64,000 bases of DNA from Geosiphon pyriformis uo1 (GCA_016748015.1 JAAOMT010000128.1:1433538-1497537), one strand, 5' to 3'. Numbered from the stretch's first letter, positions 50,436-64,000 are shown. Numbers and translations are program-made. The notes: a model not told the origin generated them from the sequence alone.

Positions 50436-52868
50436 TATTATTTAAATTGACTCAAGTAGTTAATTATATATAGTAAGTATGTAAGTTGTATTTAGTTAGA
50501 ATTATTTAGTTTAATTCTGCATACTAAATAATAACTGGACTGTATTTGTTAAATAATAATAAAAATATATATATAATAAACATATTTGTTATTAATATAA
50601 TTAAATATAAAAAAAACAAACCAAAAAATTAAATATTAAAACAATAATAAAATTTTTTATTAGTTTATTAAATATAAAAATAATAAAAATTTTAAGTTTA
50701 TATTTTAAAATAGTAAAATTAATAATTATATTAATAATATTAATAAAATTAGATATTAAAAATATAAAAAAATAATTATTAAAAAAAACTAGTTTTATTA
50801 TTAATAAAAATACAAATAATTTAATGTTTATAAATAATATAATTTTTTAAAAAATTTGTATTTAATATTATTTGTTAATAATAAAATTTTAAATTATAAT
50901 TTTTTGTGTTTAAAAAGTTGAAGTTTTTGCTTTGACTTTTATTAAAAAAAATGTTTAATTAATCAAAATTGTTAAAAAATTGTTTTTTTTAAGAAAATAA
51001 TTATAAAAAAGTTTTATTTTCGAAAAATTTTATGAAATTATTTGATTAATATAAATTTATAAATTTATAAATTAAAAAATAATTATTAAAAAATTCTAAT
51101 TAGCTTTTTTAAGTTGGTTATAGAATTAGTTTTTGCTAAATTTAATAAAATAATATTAATTAAATTGTAATTTATTAGTTTGTAATATAAAACTATAATA
51201 AAATTTACTAATAATAAAATTATTAAATCAATAAGTTTTAAATAATCTGTTTTTATTAAAAAAATTTAATATATATAGTAATAATTATATTAATAAATAA
51301 ATTTAAATTTAAAGTAATTAGACATTTTTAGAAATATTATTATATTTATTAAATAATAATATATATATATATATTATATATAAAAAAACAAATTTTTATT
51401 ATTTATTTTGTTTTTTTGACTAAATTACAAATTATAGTTTTGGTCTCAAAATATATTTTTTTTTTGCAATATAATAATTAACTTAGATAATTAAGTTATA
51501 TTAAATATGTATACAATTAAATTGAACTTGATTTTATTTAATTTTTATAATTATTATTAGTTAAAAAAATATTATATTTTAAATATTATTTGATTAAAAG
51601 TTAAAAACCACTTAGATATTTTAAAAAATATAATAACAAACAAATTGACTAGCAATACTTTATTTTTGAATTTAGTGCTGTTAGTAAAATTTGTAAAAAT
51701 TTTATTAAGACTAGTAATATAATAGTATTAAAAAATATGTAATATCTTATTCATGATATCTTCAAAAAAATCAATCAAATATGTTGAAAAATTGGTTGTA
51801 ATTTGAAAATTCTGAATAATAATTTATTTAAAACATTAATTAAATTTAGTCATCTTTAGTTTAATATTTTAATTCTTATATAACTGTAAGTTTAATAAAC
51901 AGACATATATTTAACTTATATTATTACCTATCTATAATTGTTTATAGATAACTATATAACAAATTTTATTATAGCATATTATGTTTTTTTTGTAACAAAA
52001 TTAAATTTTTTGGTTGTTTTTTTTATATAGAATTAAATTTAATAATTGTATTTAACTATTAAATTTTCATGCTATTTTATAAGATTTATTGTCTAACTTA
52101 TATTAATTTACTTTTTGTATATTGTAAATGCTATTTTTATGTACCTTTAATAATGCTCTATATGTAGTTTTTAACAAAAATTTTGTTTTTAAAAATTGTT
52201 AGTATGAATTTTTTTTTGTTTTCAAAAAATTTATATTGGTTTTAAACAAGATTGTAAATTTTGTTTGGAATTTTAATATAGTTTACTAAAATAAAATCTA
52301 ATAAATTAAGTCAAAATATAGAGTAATTATAGAAAAAAACAGTTTAATACTTTGTAATAATTTAATATTTTCTGTTATTGGTAATTTGTTATTTTTATTT
52401 TTTAATAGTATTATAAAACTTCTTGGAATTTTTAATGTTTTTGGAATTTGTTTTGGAATATACAGTAAATATTTGTTTTTTTTGAATATAAATAATATAT
52501 TTTAGCTAATATTACTATATAGTATTGTTTTGATTGGTTTAAATTACTGATTAAATACATAATTTATACTTAATATAAATTATTTTTGTTAATATATTGT
52601 ATTAAGTAGTATTTGGGTTTTATTTATAAAAATTAAAATTCTGTTTTTTTTTAATAATACTTTTTTTAAGTTTTGTTTGGTGTTTTTTTAATAATAATTT
52701 AATTATAAATATCAAATTTTTTTTGTTAATTTTAAATAAAATTTTATTTCTTATATTTCAAATTTTCTAAAGAGCATAATTTTGATAAAGAAGTTTTTTG
52801 TTTTTTGTTTTTGTTTTTATTAATATTTTTCAACTCAATAACTTTTTTGTTGTAAACTTAAAAGCTGT

Positions 52869-53848
52869 TGTTACAGATAAACTTGGTGAGATATGATGAT
52901 AATGTTTAGTATTCTAATTTAGTATTCTAAGGTTGTATGTTTTTCATAGGGTTGATGTTTATTAGTCTCTGAAGGTCTTTTCTGGATGAGAATTTATCTG
53001 TTGAGTTCTTTGGTTATAAGGCATAGAGTTTTGGTTTTCACTGATTACAACTTCTTATAATGATGAGCTTTCTTTTTCAAGCTAACAAGTGCAGTCATTA
53101 GGGTCTGGTGTTGTCTTTTTACTCTTCTGGTAAGCTATCAAGATAATGTTAATATTCAAAAACCTAAGAGGAGCTTTTCTCTTTTATCAGGCTATTATGA
53201 AGTCTATTTCCAGACAGTTGATTTTTTTATGTTGTCAGTCTACAAGAAAAAACAAAAAAAACAAAAAAAAACAAAAAAAAATAAAGAAAAAAAAAACAAA
53301 AGAAAATAAAGAAAAAAAAATAAGAAATAAGTGTCCTGTCAATAGTTGTGATCAATAGCTATTGTGCTAGCAGATTAAGTAGTGGATAATAACATGAATT
53401 TGAAGAATTGAAGAGATATTTTATTAATATAATTCCATTTTGGTTGATAGCAACTATTTTTGAAAGGAAGAGTATTTAATAATTATGACCTGTGAGTCTA
53501 ATTGACTCTGAGAGTTTAATTGACTTCTAAAAGTCTAATTTTCTCTCTGGATGTTTTTTTTTAACTTCTACAGCTACTTGTTTTTATATATTTTTTTTGT
53601 TCTACAGGATTGCTTTCAATTGCTTTACTATTGCTAGCTATTGTTTTGTTATTGCTAGCTATTGTTTTGTTATTGCTAGCTATTGTTTTGTTATTGCTAG
53701 CTATTGCTCATTATTGCTAGCTATTGCTCATTATTGCTAACTATTGCTTGCATTTGTCTTATGTTACTTCAAGTTGTAATGTGTTTTTCTTGTCACATTT
53801 TTTTGTCATGTTTTCTCATAACTTTTTGGTTTTTCTACTCAAATAACA
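52869..53848 (-). repeat. Solo LTR of a further subfamily, in LINE-2 ORF1
   Basis: TGTTACAG...AATAACA termini and perfect TSD CTGT (52865-52868 / 53849-53852). Shares the 'tgtcaatag.tgtgatcaa.agctattg' block with family-1 LTRs. Confidence 0.85.
53609..53752 (-). repeat. 20-21 bp tandem array (TTATTGCTAGCTATTGTTTTG / TTATTGCTAGCTATTGCTCA) in the solo LTR U3
   Basis: About six units seen directly, upstream (minus sense) of a TATA-like run at ~53583-53591. Confidence 0.8.
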
Positions 53849-56800
53849 CTGTTTCAAGTGGCAATATGTCTAAAAAAAAGCACTTAAGAAAGCTTTTTAT
53901 GGTTCTGTTGGTAGTTTTTTTTCTTAAAAAAAAAAAGTAGTTTTTGATAATATTAAACACTTTGGTAATAAAAAATATCTTTTTGGTTAAGTTTAATTCT
54001 AGCAATAGTGTATTTTCAAATATAGATAGTAATTCTAGTAACAATAAATATGGTGGTTTTATGATTGATATTGGTGGTAGTTCTCTTTTTGGTTTAGCTG
54101 TTATCACTCTCAAGACTAGAAAAATAGCTCTTGTTGTGATTTTTGGCTTTCTTTTTAGATCTTTTGATTTTGATATGGATTAAAAAATTAGATCTCTCCT
54201 ATCTCTTTTCAGTATCTTATTGGACAAAAAATAAATCGACTCTAAAATCACTAAAACTTAAGTAGAAATATTTGTTAAGAAATTTTTTGTATTGGAAATT
54301 AATTTTTTAGCAGTAAAAAGAAAATTAGCAACAACAAAAACTTAGTTTATTAGAAAAAAAAATTATTAATTAATGGTTTTAAGAAAGCCACTACCTTCTT
54401 AAAATTTGAAAAAATTATTTGATCAATGTTTATATTTGAAAAAAATATGAAAAAAGCTGTGTTATTGGCTAAAGATAAGAAAATTATTGTAAATACCAAT
54501 GTTAAAAAACAAAAAATTTATTCAGATTAAATCATAATTATTAAAAAAAATTTCATAGATACATCAAAAAAAATAATTGTCACAGCTCTTTCTGAATTTG
54601 GTCAAGTAGTATTAATCTAATTACAACTAATTGGGCTGTGACAGAAGACTATAATAAAATTTGCCAAATTTAATTAAACTAATTAATTGACAGCAAAATA
54701 GTTATTCCTTATTAAAAAAAATTTAGTGTGTATAGTAAAAACTATGAAAGATTAAAATATTTAGATGTTTAAGAATTAATTCAAAACATTTTTGTTTATC
54801 TTGTTAATAAAAACAACTGTTTATAATTTTGGTATTCTTGTTGAAAGAACTGGTAAAAAAACATGTGTTATCAATTAATTATTTAAAAATGGCAATAGAA
54901 TTTAATGTGCTATTATTGGTTTTAAATTAAATAAGACATTGGAATTTGTCTTTTACATGAAACTTATTTTTGATAGTATTAAGCTCTTTTGAGCCAGATT
55001 AGATATGATTTGTTGTAAAAAGTGTAAGTGTTTTGAATATTCTACTTTAAAGTATAACATTTCTGGTTTCTTTATCTCTTTATTTACAAAAGTATTTAAG
55101 AGAGTTACTTTGGATGAAAATCATTTTTAATTAACCAAATTGTATGTCAAAAAAAATGTTCTTATTTCTCACTTTGCTGTTTTTAGTAACAAATTATAAA
55201 CTTAAGTGGTCTTAGTGGCTTTAGTTTCTAGCATTTTGTTATCTAGTTTTGATTTTGGCTCTCTTTTTTTAAGTGTCTTAGATTTTGATAGAAAAGTTTT
55301 ATCTATTTTGCTAAATAATTTATCTGTGTATACTTGTTTGGCTTTTTTAAAATATTTCTTAAAACTGTTAACTAATCAGATTTCCAGTGTAATATGTAAA
55401 CTCAATGGTATAATTTTAGTTTTAATGGCTTTTTCTTCTTTTTATGTTTTTATAGACTTACCAGTATCTGGTTTTGATCTAGATTTGAGCATAATATTAG
55501 ACAACTCACAAGTTTTATCTCTTTTTTTTTCTTTAATTTTTGCTAAAATATTAGTATTGGGTCTAAGTAGTTCAAAAGTTTTAACCATTAAGATAGACAG
55601 TTTAGAATTAAAGTTAGTAGCTCTTAAGGCCTTTGTTAATTTAGTTTTAATAAAGTTAGATTTGTTATATACTGGCTTAGATTTTTTGGCATTTCTTTTG
55701 TCTTAATAAGTAATTTAATTTAGAAAATTGTGACTTGTAATACAGAAGTATAAACAACTTAGTTAAACAAAAAAACATTGTTAAATAACATAAGAATTCT
55801 GGCAATTTAATCTTTATTGTTATTGAAATAAAGCTTAAAAACTAAACTAGACCTTAAATTAAAAACAGGTTTTTTGGTTTGAAAGTTTTTAGCTTTGAAT
55901 TGAACAATAAGCATTTGGGTTTAGAGGTAATAATTGTATTAAATAAGAGTCTTATTCATTATGTGTGCAAAGTTTTTAAGATTCCTGGTTATTTTTTTTT
56001 TATTTATTTTTTTTTGCTGGTAAAATTTTAGTAACAATTTTGGGTTTGTACACTGATGCTTTAGTTAGTGTAAAATTTAATCAGGTCTGCAAAATAAATT
56101 CATTTATTGTTAAGACTATTAATTTAAGTTTATATATAATATTTAGTAGTAATTTTAATAAAAATAGAGTAAAATATAGTACAAGTTTCAATAAATATTT
56201 GAATATAAAATTGTACAACACATTTTTGAACAGCTTTTTTTCTAAAAATCTAACATGAAACAATTTTAAAGAAGTAAAAAAGATTATTAATTACATTTTT
56301 ATCAATAAGTATTTTTTAACAGTTATAATAAGACAAAATATTGATAGTGTATCTGATTTTTTTAATACTGATTATTTAGCTGTTTCTGTCTTTATGGATC
56401 TAAGTGGTCTTTTAAACAAGTATTTGAATATAATACAAAACAAGCTAATAAAAATCAATGGAAATTCAAATTTAAGACTCAAATATTACTAAGTAGACTT
56501 ATTTTATGAATTGCTTTTTTGCTAAAATATTATTAATAATAAATGGATTTTTGAATACCAAAAAGCTTGGCTGTTTAGATTCTATGTAAAAAATACTAAA
56601 TAAAATAACTCAGCATATTTGATTTTTTTTAAACAATAATTCAATATTTTTAATTGTTCTAGGAACAAATATTTTTCAAAGTTTTATAGACTCAAATTGT
56701 TAATTGCTAAGATAATTAAAGCTTTTAGCTCAGATAATGCTTCAGAATTTGCTTGTTTAATTAAAGTCTGGTCAATTTTTGATGAAATAAAGACTTTTAA

Positions 56801-59800
56801 AGTCAATAGTATGCTTAGTGTAAATGCTAGTTTCTTGAATATTATCAAACAATTATCAATAATCAAGAAAAATTATTGTAAATCCAAGTATTGTAAATTG
56901 GAGCTGGTCAAAAATGCATCTATCAACAGAACAATCAAAAAATATATGAAAAATTTCAGTTCAGATAAGAGAAATATGATTAGAAATATTTTAGAACAAC
57001 TTTTTTGTAAAGTGATACTAAATTATTTGGTGGTTGGAGAAAAAATAATTTTGAAGCCAGTTGATATAAAACTCAAGTTTAATAAAATTATAATAAATTA
57101 AACAAGAAAACAAAGGATACTTGTAATAATACCAGAACTATAATTTTATTAATACAAACTTTTGAGCTACATAAAAGAAAACATTTTTTTGGTATTATGA
57201 ATAAAATCAACATGAATAATTTGGCTTTGGTTATTAATAACCTATTTGATGACAAAACTGTTAGCCTATTGAATATCTCAAATAAACTCTAAAAACACTG
57301 TAGAAATATAATATTAAAATGTCTTTTTGAATCTGTTAAACTCTTATTTATTATATAATAATATTCTAATACTTTAAAAAAATGCTTGGGTTTTAATAAT
57401 TCTTAAGCTCTATAATTGGAATGAAAATATTACAAACACATAACCAATTGCTTTAATCAAAATGGCTTAAAAAAATTTGTTAAAAATTTTATCAGACCAT
57501 ATTTTTTCAACATATAGTAAATTTAATGTTTTTTAAAGTAACAATTTCTTAGTTTTAAAAAATACTTCAATCTAGTTATTTGTGTTTGTTATTGGTTTAA
57601 TAGTAGAGAACATTTTAGAAAAAAGCTAAAAACTTTGGTTAATTTTATAAGATATAAGCAAAGTTTATAATTTAATAAGATAATATTATTTAAAAGCTAA
57701 TTTGAAACAGATTAAAATATATAATAAGTTTATTAAGTTTTTGGAAATATTTACTTTAACAGAATCAACAAAATAATGATTAATTTTGGTTTTTCAAATA
57801 ATTACAAAGTATTAGATAAACTTAATTAAGATGAAATCTTTTTACCTCTTTTCTGAAAAATTTTTTACAATCCACTTTTATATAAAGTTAAAAGACATGA
57901 ATATTTATGTGATTACAGAATTAATTTGAGTTTATAATAAAATTTGGCAAAGTAGAAACTTAAGCTAAAATAACTATTTACTTTGTTATTAAAGCATTTA
58001 TGGATAATACAATTTGAATAGATAGTAGTCAAACTGTTATACAGTATATTTTGAATATAGCCAATAAATTTTTTGCAATTAATAATATTTTTATAAACAA
58101 TAAAAAAACTGTTGTCATCTTTATTAATTAGAGAGTTAAAAATACTTCTTTGTTTATCAGCAGCTCACTAATTGTAATGGCTAAAAAGAGTAAATTTTAT
58201 TAATATTTGGAAATATTTTTATCATCAGAAGAGCTGTCAAAGCTTAGTTTAATTAAAGCACAATCAGATGTACAGTTTTTTTTAAATACAGTTTTGTGTA
58301 AAGCTATTTCTGATAAACAATTGTATTTTTTGATTTTTTCAATTTTGCAGTCCATTATTAGTTATAGAATGCAATTTAGTTTTATTTTTAAGAGTGTTTG
58401 CATTAAATGGGATGCTATAATCAGAAAAAACTTAAAACTTAAATTGGGTCTTCTATGTAATTTTTCTACAGAAGTTTTGTTATATCTATTTCTTTATAAA
58501 ATAAAAACTTTTAGCCAAGTATAAGTCAAAAGTAAGTCTTCTTTTATTATGAGTTTTGCAAATGCTTTTGATATTTTAAGACAGCTTTTTATTCATTGGT
58601 GTTTAGATTTGCAAATTTCTAGTTGATTACTAGTACATTTTTTATATTATTCTATTAGATTAAAAATTAGTTCTAAGAATAATTTTTTTATTTTGTGGTC
58701 TGTCTTTTTTTGTGGCTCTATCAAGTGCTTTTTGTTTCTTTGATAAAACATCAATGTTTAAGATTCTTGGAAGCACAGACTTCTTTAAAATAGCTTATTT
58801 TCTAAAATACTATAGCACAATATTTATAGAACAATTGTTGAACAAAAAAAGAGTTTGTTTTGATTAGAAGTGTTTTAAACACTAAAAAAATCTAAATTTA
58901 TAGAGCCTTGTTTTTGCTTGGTTTAGCTTAGTCATTCAGTTTTTGAAAAATAAATTAGCTACAACTTGTAATATGTTTTGATCTCTAATATAAGCTTTTT
59001 TGACTTCAACACAGCAGATTCAATTAGTCTTACTAAAAACAAATTGCTAAAATCTGATTTAAGTTCTTTTAATATGTATACAAATAATTTTATTAAAAGT
59101 TTTAGTTCAATTTTGGTTAGTGAAGAAGCTATAGCATTTTTTTTCAATGTTGATTTTGGTATTGGGATTAGAGTCTATAATATTATGTTGTTAACTTTAA
59201 CTAAACTTAAGACTATTTTTTCACATTTGCTTATATGCCTGTAAGTTGTAGTGTGATTATAAATTTAGCAGCCAAACTGCTATTTACATTTGTATTGATA
59301 AGTCAAAATTGGTTTCATCTGATTTCAGAAAGTGCTAGTAAATAAAATAACATTAAATTATCAATTTTATATAAGAGAGCACACTTATGGTGTTCTGAAT
59401 TAAGATCAAGAGATATGCTAGTATTGTAAAAAACATGTATATTAATAAATTAGCATCTAATGTTTGTTTTTTTGGTTTAATCTTTTTTACTGTAATCTAT
59501 AAGCTTTTTATGCTTTTAGATGATATGATATTGTCTTATAATATTTGTTACTATATTAGAGATTTTTATAGGATTTTACATTATGCTAGATGAAAGAATA
59601 AGTTCAAATCTATAATAAAAATATTTGTAATATTCATAAAATAAACTGGAAAAAACTTTTAAAGTCTGGCATTCTGGTAAGCACATGGCTTTTGGTTCTA
59701 CAAGCTACTTATTGGCTGTTTTGCAAACTTATCTTATAAAGACTTTACATAGGCATTTGCCAATAATTGTCCAAAAACATTTGTACAGTATATTATATCC

Positions 59801-60795
59801 AAATATAAAGTGTGTATTTTGTAAAAAAATCAATACTTCTAATCATGTTTTTGAGTACTTTTATGATAATATCACTTGTGACAAGATTTTATTTGAGTTT
59901 GGAGAGCAGTAGGCATTTTTGTTGAGTATTATAGCATTATCTTCTGTGGTTATTTGGAATTTATTTTCTTATAAGCATGATATTGGTTTGTATTCTGCTT
60001 TGATGAAAAATTTCATGCTTAAAAGTTAGTACTATAAAGTTTTGGCTCTCATGAATAATTCTGAGCTGGCTGAAATAAAAGTTGTTTTGTTTATAGATAA
60101 CTTAGTATTAGTTTACAGATCTGAGTATAAAGCCAATATAGAAAAAAATAGACTAATATTAGCCAATAATGGTGTTTTATCTAATATTATTAATAATGTG
60201 GACAAATTAAGTGATAAAATAGTTATACTGCTTAATGTAGAAAAAAATAGAAATGTTTATTTTGGCATGTGTTCTAAATGCTTGTTTTTTTTGGATTTAA
60301 ATAACAATATAGTGGTTTTAGTAAATTTATAATGTAGTTTTAATTGGTCTGAGTGGCTGGTTATATATAGCAAATATGTAAATTGCATTTAGTTTATAAT
60401 ATATATATGTTGTATATTCTTAAATAGTAATTAGACTATACTTGTTAAATCAAAAAAAAAAGTTAATAAGTTAAAAAAATATTAGATTTATTTATATTAT
60501 TGATCTTAATTTATTTTAAATTTAAATTATTAATAATTTTTTTTTATATTTAATAAGTATGAACTAATTACTATTTAGTGCTTTGAAACAAACTAAATAT
60601 AGTTCATGTATTTTTTACATGTAACCAGTTATTTGAGCCAGTTTAAACTATGTTATATTGCTACAATAAAAGTAAACTTACCCAAAACTAACATTTTTTA
60701 AACCATATTAAATAATTTAACACTATAAAAGATTAACTTAACCAGTTATTAGCAGTCTTTAAGAGATTAGTCTTAATACTATTGGGCTTATGTAT

Positions 60796-63700
60796 TATTA
60801 CAAATGATTATTTGGGGTCTTAAGTCAAATAACAAATCTGTAATCTGATGCTCAATTAATGATGTTGGTGTTAGTAACGTTTGTAAGTTGTTTGTATCTG
60901 AAGGTTTTGGTTGAGTCCTTTGTATAATGAACAGAGATGCAATAGTGGTTTATCTATAGCTTCCCAGAATCGCAATTCTGTCAATTTCTTTCTTCAGCTT
61001 AATGGCCAGCAATCCTCTGATAAGTAATCCATAATTCTTTACATGTTCTATCCACTTGCAGGAGTCTTTTACCAAGCAATTCTTGATGTCAATAATTTAG
61101 CACTTAATCTTTAATCAATTAGTAAACAAAACAAAGAAAAAAAAATAAAAAAAATAAAGAAAAAATAAAGAAAATTAAGCCAAGATATTTACAAGTTAGT
61201 ATTCCATCAATAGCTGTAATCAAGAGCTATTGTTCTAGTGTGGTTAAGTATCAATTGTTATCAACATAAAGTGTTGATAGAGAAGAGTAGATTAGAGATA
61301 TAAAATAATTATTTATTAATATTTGTAATGCAAAAGGTTGCTTAGATTAAATCTAAACTGAGAGATCTCTAACTAAAGAATTCTGTCTTTTTTTTTTTCT
61401 AATACTACTGCTATATATACATAATTGAGATTTCTCAATTCTTCAATTCCTTACACCAAGAATTCTGAAATTTCTGGAATCCTGCAATTCCTTTAAGAGG
61501 AATTCTGGAATTCTGGAATTCTGTGATTTCTTGTACTAAAATTCTGAAATTCCTAGAATTCTGCAATTCTTTTTAAGAAGAATCCTGGAATTTCACATTT
61601 ACTACAGTTATTTCTGATTGGCTAATTTATGCTAATATATACTTTTTATATTCTATGAGTAACATTATTTCTTCTTTTTTAATATTGAGTTCTGTTAAGA
61701 TTTTCTAAATCTCCTAACTCTAATTTTCTGTCTTTGAGTATTTCTTGAACTTCTTTTTCGAGAATTAGTTGAGTTATTTTGTTCTGTAATTCTTCAAATT
61801 GAGTGTTAGTTATTTTTCTTATTTGGTTAATTATAATGGAGTCTATTTCCAGATTAAGTAAAATTTCCAGTCTGTCTTGGAATCCAGCATGCAATCAATA
61901 AATGGCTCTTGCTTGTGTTATTAGATTGTTCTTTCCCACAAATTGTTCCAGTTGTTGCAGTATTGTTGTGTCAAATAATTGTTTTGTTTTATCCATGTAT
62001 AAGTTCTGAATATTCAAGTGTCATCCCAAGTAGAAATAACAAAAGTTTCTTGGAAATTTGTGTATCCACCATTTCCACATTTTTTTGGTCAACTCTTGAT
62101 ATGTAGTGACACTTGTTGGTTCTTCTATTGCTAATTTTATTTTCAGAACCATTTTGTTAATAGTGTTTTTTGTTTTTCTTTGACTTTTGTATTTGGGTAT
62201 TTTTCTGGTATTTTGGTATCAAATGGTTTGTTAATTGATAGTAATTTCTATATTCTGTTGTTGAATTAGTTGGAAGAGTTGTTGTGTTAGTGAGTGGATA
62301 TTGTCAGTGATTTCTATTTTTTTGAAGTCTTTTGTCACATTTATCATGTCTTTATATACTTTTTTTATTGTTCAATTTTATGTGTTTGGTCCAATGATTA
62401 TGATTGGTTTCAGATCCCATGAAATCTCATCTGGTTGGATTAGTATTCTCTGTACTCCTAATTGTGAAATATTACTGGTCGATGGTGATATTATATGGTA
62501 ATATGGTTTCAGTCAATCACTATATGCTGCTTTGGCTAAAATTTTATTGTTCTATCTTAGTTTATAAGCTCTATTTCCAAGAACTTCTTCTATGTGAAAT
62601 GGTCTATTCCATTTGGAGTCAAATTTTCCACTCTATTGTTTTTCTGCTTTGATATGATGTAAAAGTACTTTGTCTTCAATCTTGAATTCAACTGGTTTAT
62701 CTGATAATTGGTTATCATGTCTTTTTTTTTGTTTCTCTTGTGATTTTTGAATGTTATCAGCTGCTTTTCGCCATTTGTTTTTTAATGTTTCCATTAAGTC
62801 ATATGTTCTTTGGAAATTCTCTTTTGTTATTAGTTCTGTTGGATATGTTTTGACTTCTATCTCCACTGGCACTGTTGCTGTTCTACCATATACTAATTCA
62901 AATGATGTTGCTTGTGTAGTGTCTTGCTTTATTGTCTGATAAGCAAATAATACTGATGGTATAAACAAATTTCATTTATTTTGGTTTTTTTGGCTGATTT
63001 TGGATATTGCTTTACACAATGTTCTGTTGAATCTTTTGACTAATTCATTTGTTTGCAGATGATATGGCAATAATAGTGGTCTTTTGATTCCAAATCTTTG
63101 GCTTAATTCTGCTAATGTTTTATTTACAAAGTGAGTTTCTTGATCAGATAATAATTTTTTTGAACATTTGTGTCAACAGATCAAGTTTTGATGAACAAAT
63201 TCAGCAATGGATTTTGCATCTGCTCTTTAAATGGCTTTTGCTTCTGGCCATTTTGTGAGATAGTCCATGACTACTGCAATATATCTGTTGCCTCTGCTGG
63301 TGATTGCTAATGGTCTAACTAAGTCAATTCCAATGCAATCAAATGGTTGTCTTATCTTGATTGGTCTTAATGGTTCACTGGGTTTTGTTCTTTTTTTTCT
63401 CTGACAAGTATTACAATTTTGAACATATTGGATGATGTCTGAATATATTGATGGCCAATAGTATTTTTTTCTAGTTCTTTCTATGGTTGCTTCTTTATAA
63501 AAATGTCTTGCTGTTAGATCTGTGTATATGTTAAACAATATTGTCTCTTTTTCTGGTTCTGTAATTACTCTGGTTGGTTGATCTGGATTCTTTCTGTTTT
63601 TTCGGTAAAGTATATTTTGGTGATTGATAAAATATTTTAATTGTTGTTTGATGTTGTTTTGTTTCTTTTAAGATAATTTCTCCTTGAACAATTGAGTATT

Positions 63701-64000
63701 TATATAATATTGAAGTTGTTGGTATTTTTGTATATTTATTTTTTGTTATATTTTTGGCTTGAAATGTTTTTAGACTTGTCTCATTCATGACAATCCATCA
63801 GCATTTCCATTTTTTTTTCTTTTTTGTAATGAACTGTATAATTAAATAGTAAAAGTTCTATTTTCTATTGGGCATGGCAATGATCTCCAAATTCTTGCTT
63901 TTGAATTGAAATCAATCTCTTGTGATTAGTGTAGACATCAAACTTTTGACTCAAGTATTCCTTTCACTTGATAACAGCCCAATAGATAGCTAAGTATTCT
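60796..64000 (-). mobile_element. Ty3/gypsy element G (family 1, A-like), 3' part; continues beyond window
   Basis: 3' LTR 60796-61664, PPT 61665-61680, ORF3 ~61665-62340, integrase 62372-63739, RNase H 63770-64000. Confidence 0.88.
62372..63739 (-). pseudogene. Element G integrase
   Basis: ORFs 63227-63538 and 62633-62968. Confidence 0.88.

Larger units (their letters stand above)
2050..50560 (+). mobile_element. LINE-1: decayed full-length non-LTR retrotransposon (ORF1; ORF2 APE-RT-RNaseH-Zn finger), split by the 41-kb LTR nest and a solo LTR
   Basis: ORF2 reads continuously across the nest ('NNLAQH' at 4150-4168 joins 'VYKIIKILNHFLFICLLFSNK' at 45258+). It is colinear with LINE-2, including a shared 3' UTR ending '...gtatttgttaaat' plus an A-rich tail at ~50555. 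5' end approximate. Confidence 0.8.
52800..60461 (+). mobile_element. LINE-2: decayed full-length non-LTR retrotransposon with poly(A) tail
   Basis: ORF1 ~52850-55706 and ORF2 ~55706-60332. RT 'PIALIK', 'AFMDNTI' (~57993). RNase H 'MYTNNF' (~59073). Zn finger 'CVFCKKINTSNHVF' (59811+). Poly(A) at 60452-60461. Confidence 0.8.

Noticed and set aside
60560-60795. Possible decayed PBS ('tttagtgctttg', ~60574) and relic of another LTR element
   Set aside because: No recognisable LTR terminus or coding motif nearby; too degraded to support.

Overview
A eukaryotic, very AT-rich, CpG-depleted repeat block with no recognisable host gene. It resembles the repeat landscape of a Glomeromycotina/Mucoromycota-type fungus, but that is an inference. 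Almost all 64 kb can be parsed as transposons, and target-site duplications (TSDs) fix the nesting order. A decayed LINE (~2050-50560, +) is split inside its endonuclease by Ty3/gypsy element A (4169-45253, -). Element A in turn hosts full-length elements B (6757-16511, +) and E (35207-44937, -), truncated element C (16690-23196, +), a young non-autonomous element D (26241-30478, +) and two solo LTRs. The rest is a LINE fragment at the left edge, a second LINE (~52800-60461), two more solo LTRs, and element G running off the right edge. Both LTR families share an unusual design. One polyprotein runs Gag-PR-[Cys-rich unknown domain]-dUTPase-RT-RNaseH and stops after RNase H. Integrase is a separate ORF. 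A conserved non-env ORF3 runs through the PPT into the 3' LTR. Subfamily-specific palindromic repeat arrays sit just upstream of the LTR TATA box. TSDs are 4 bp and always have a pyrimidine-purine centre. Family-2 Gag appears to start at GUG. The youngest copy keeps only gag + ORF3. The best candidate for an undescribed system is ORF3 acting as a sequence-specific transactivator or anti-silencing factor on the U3 arrays; this is a hypothesis. Coordinates were read by eye: LTR and TSD ends should be within a few bp, and domain limits are approximate.
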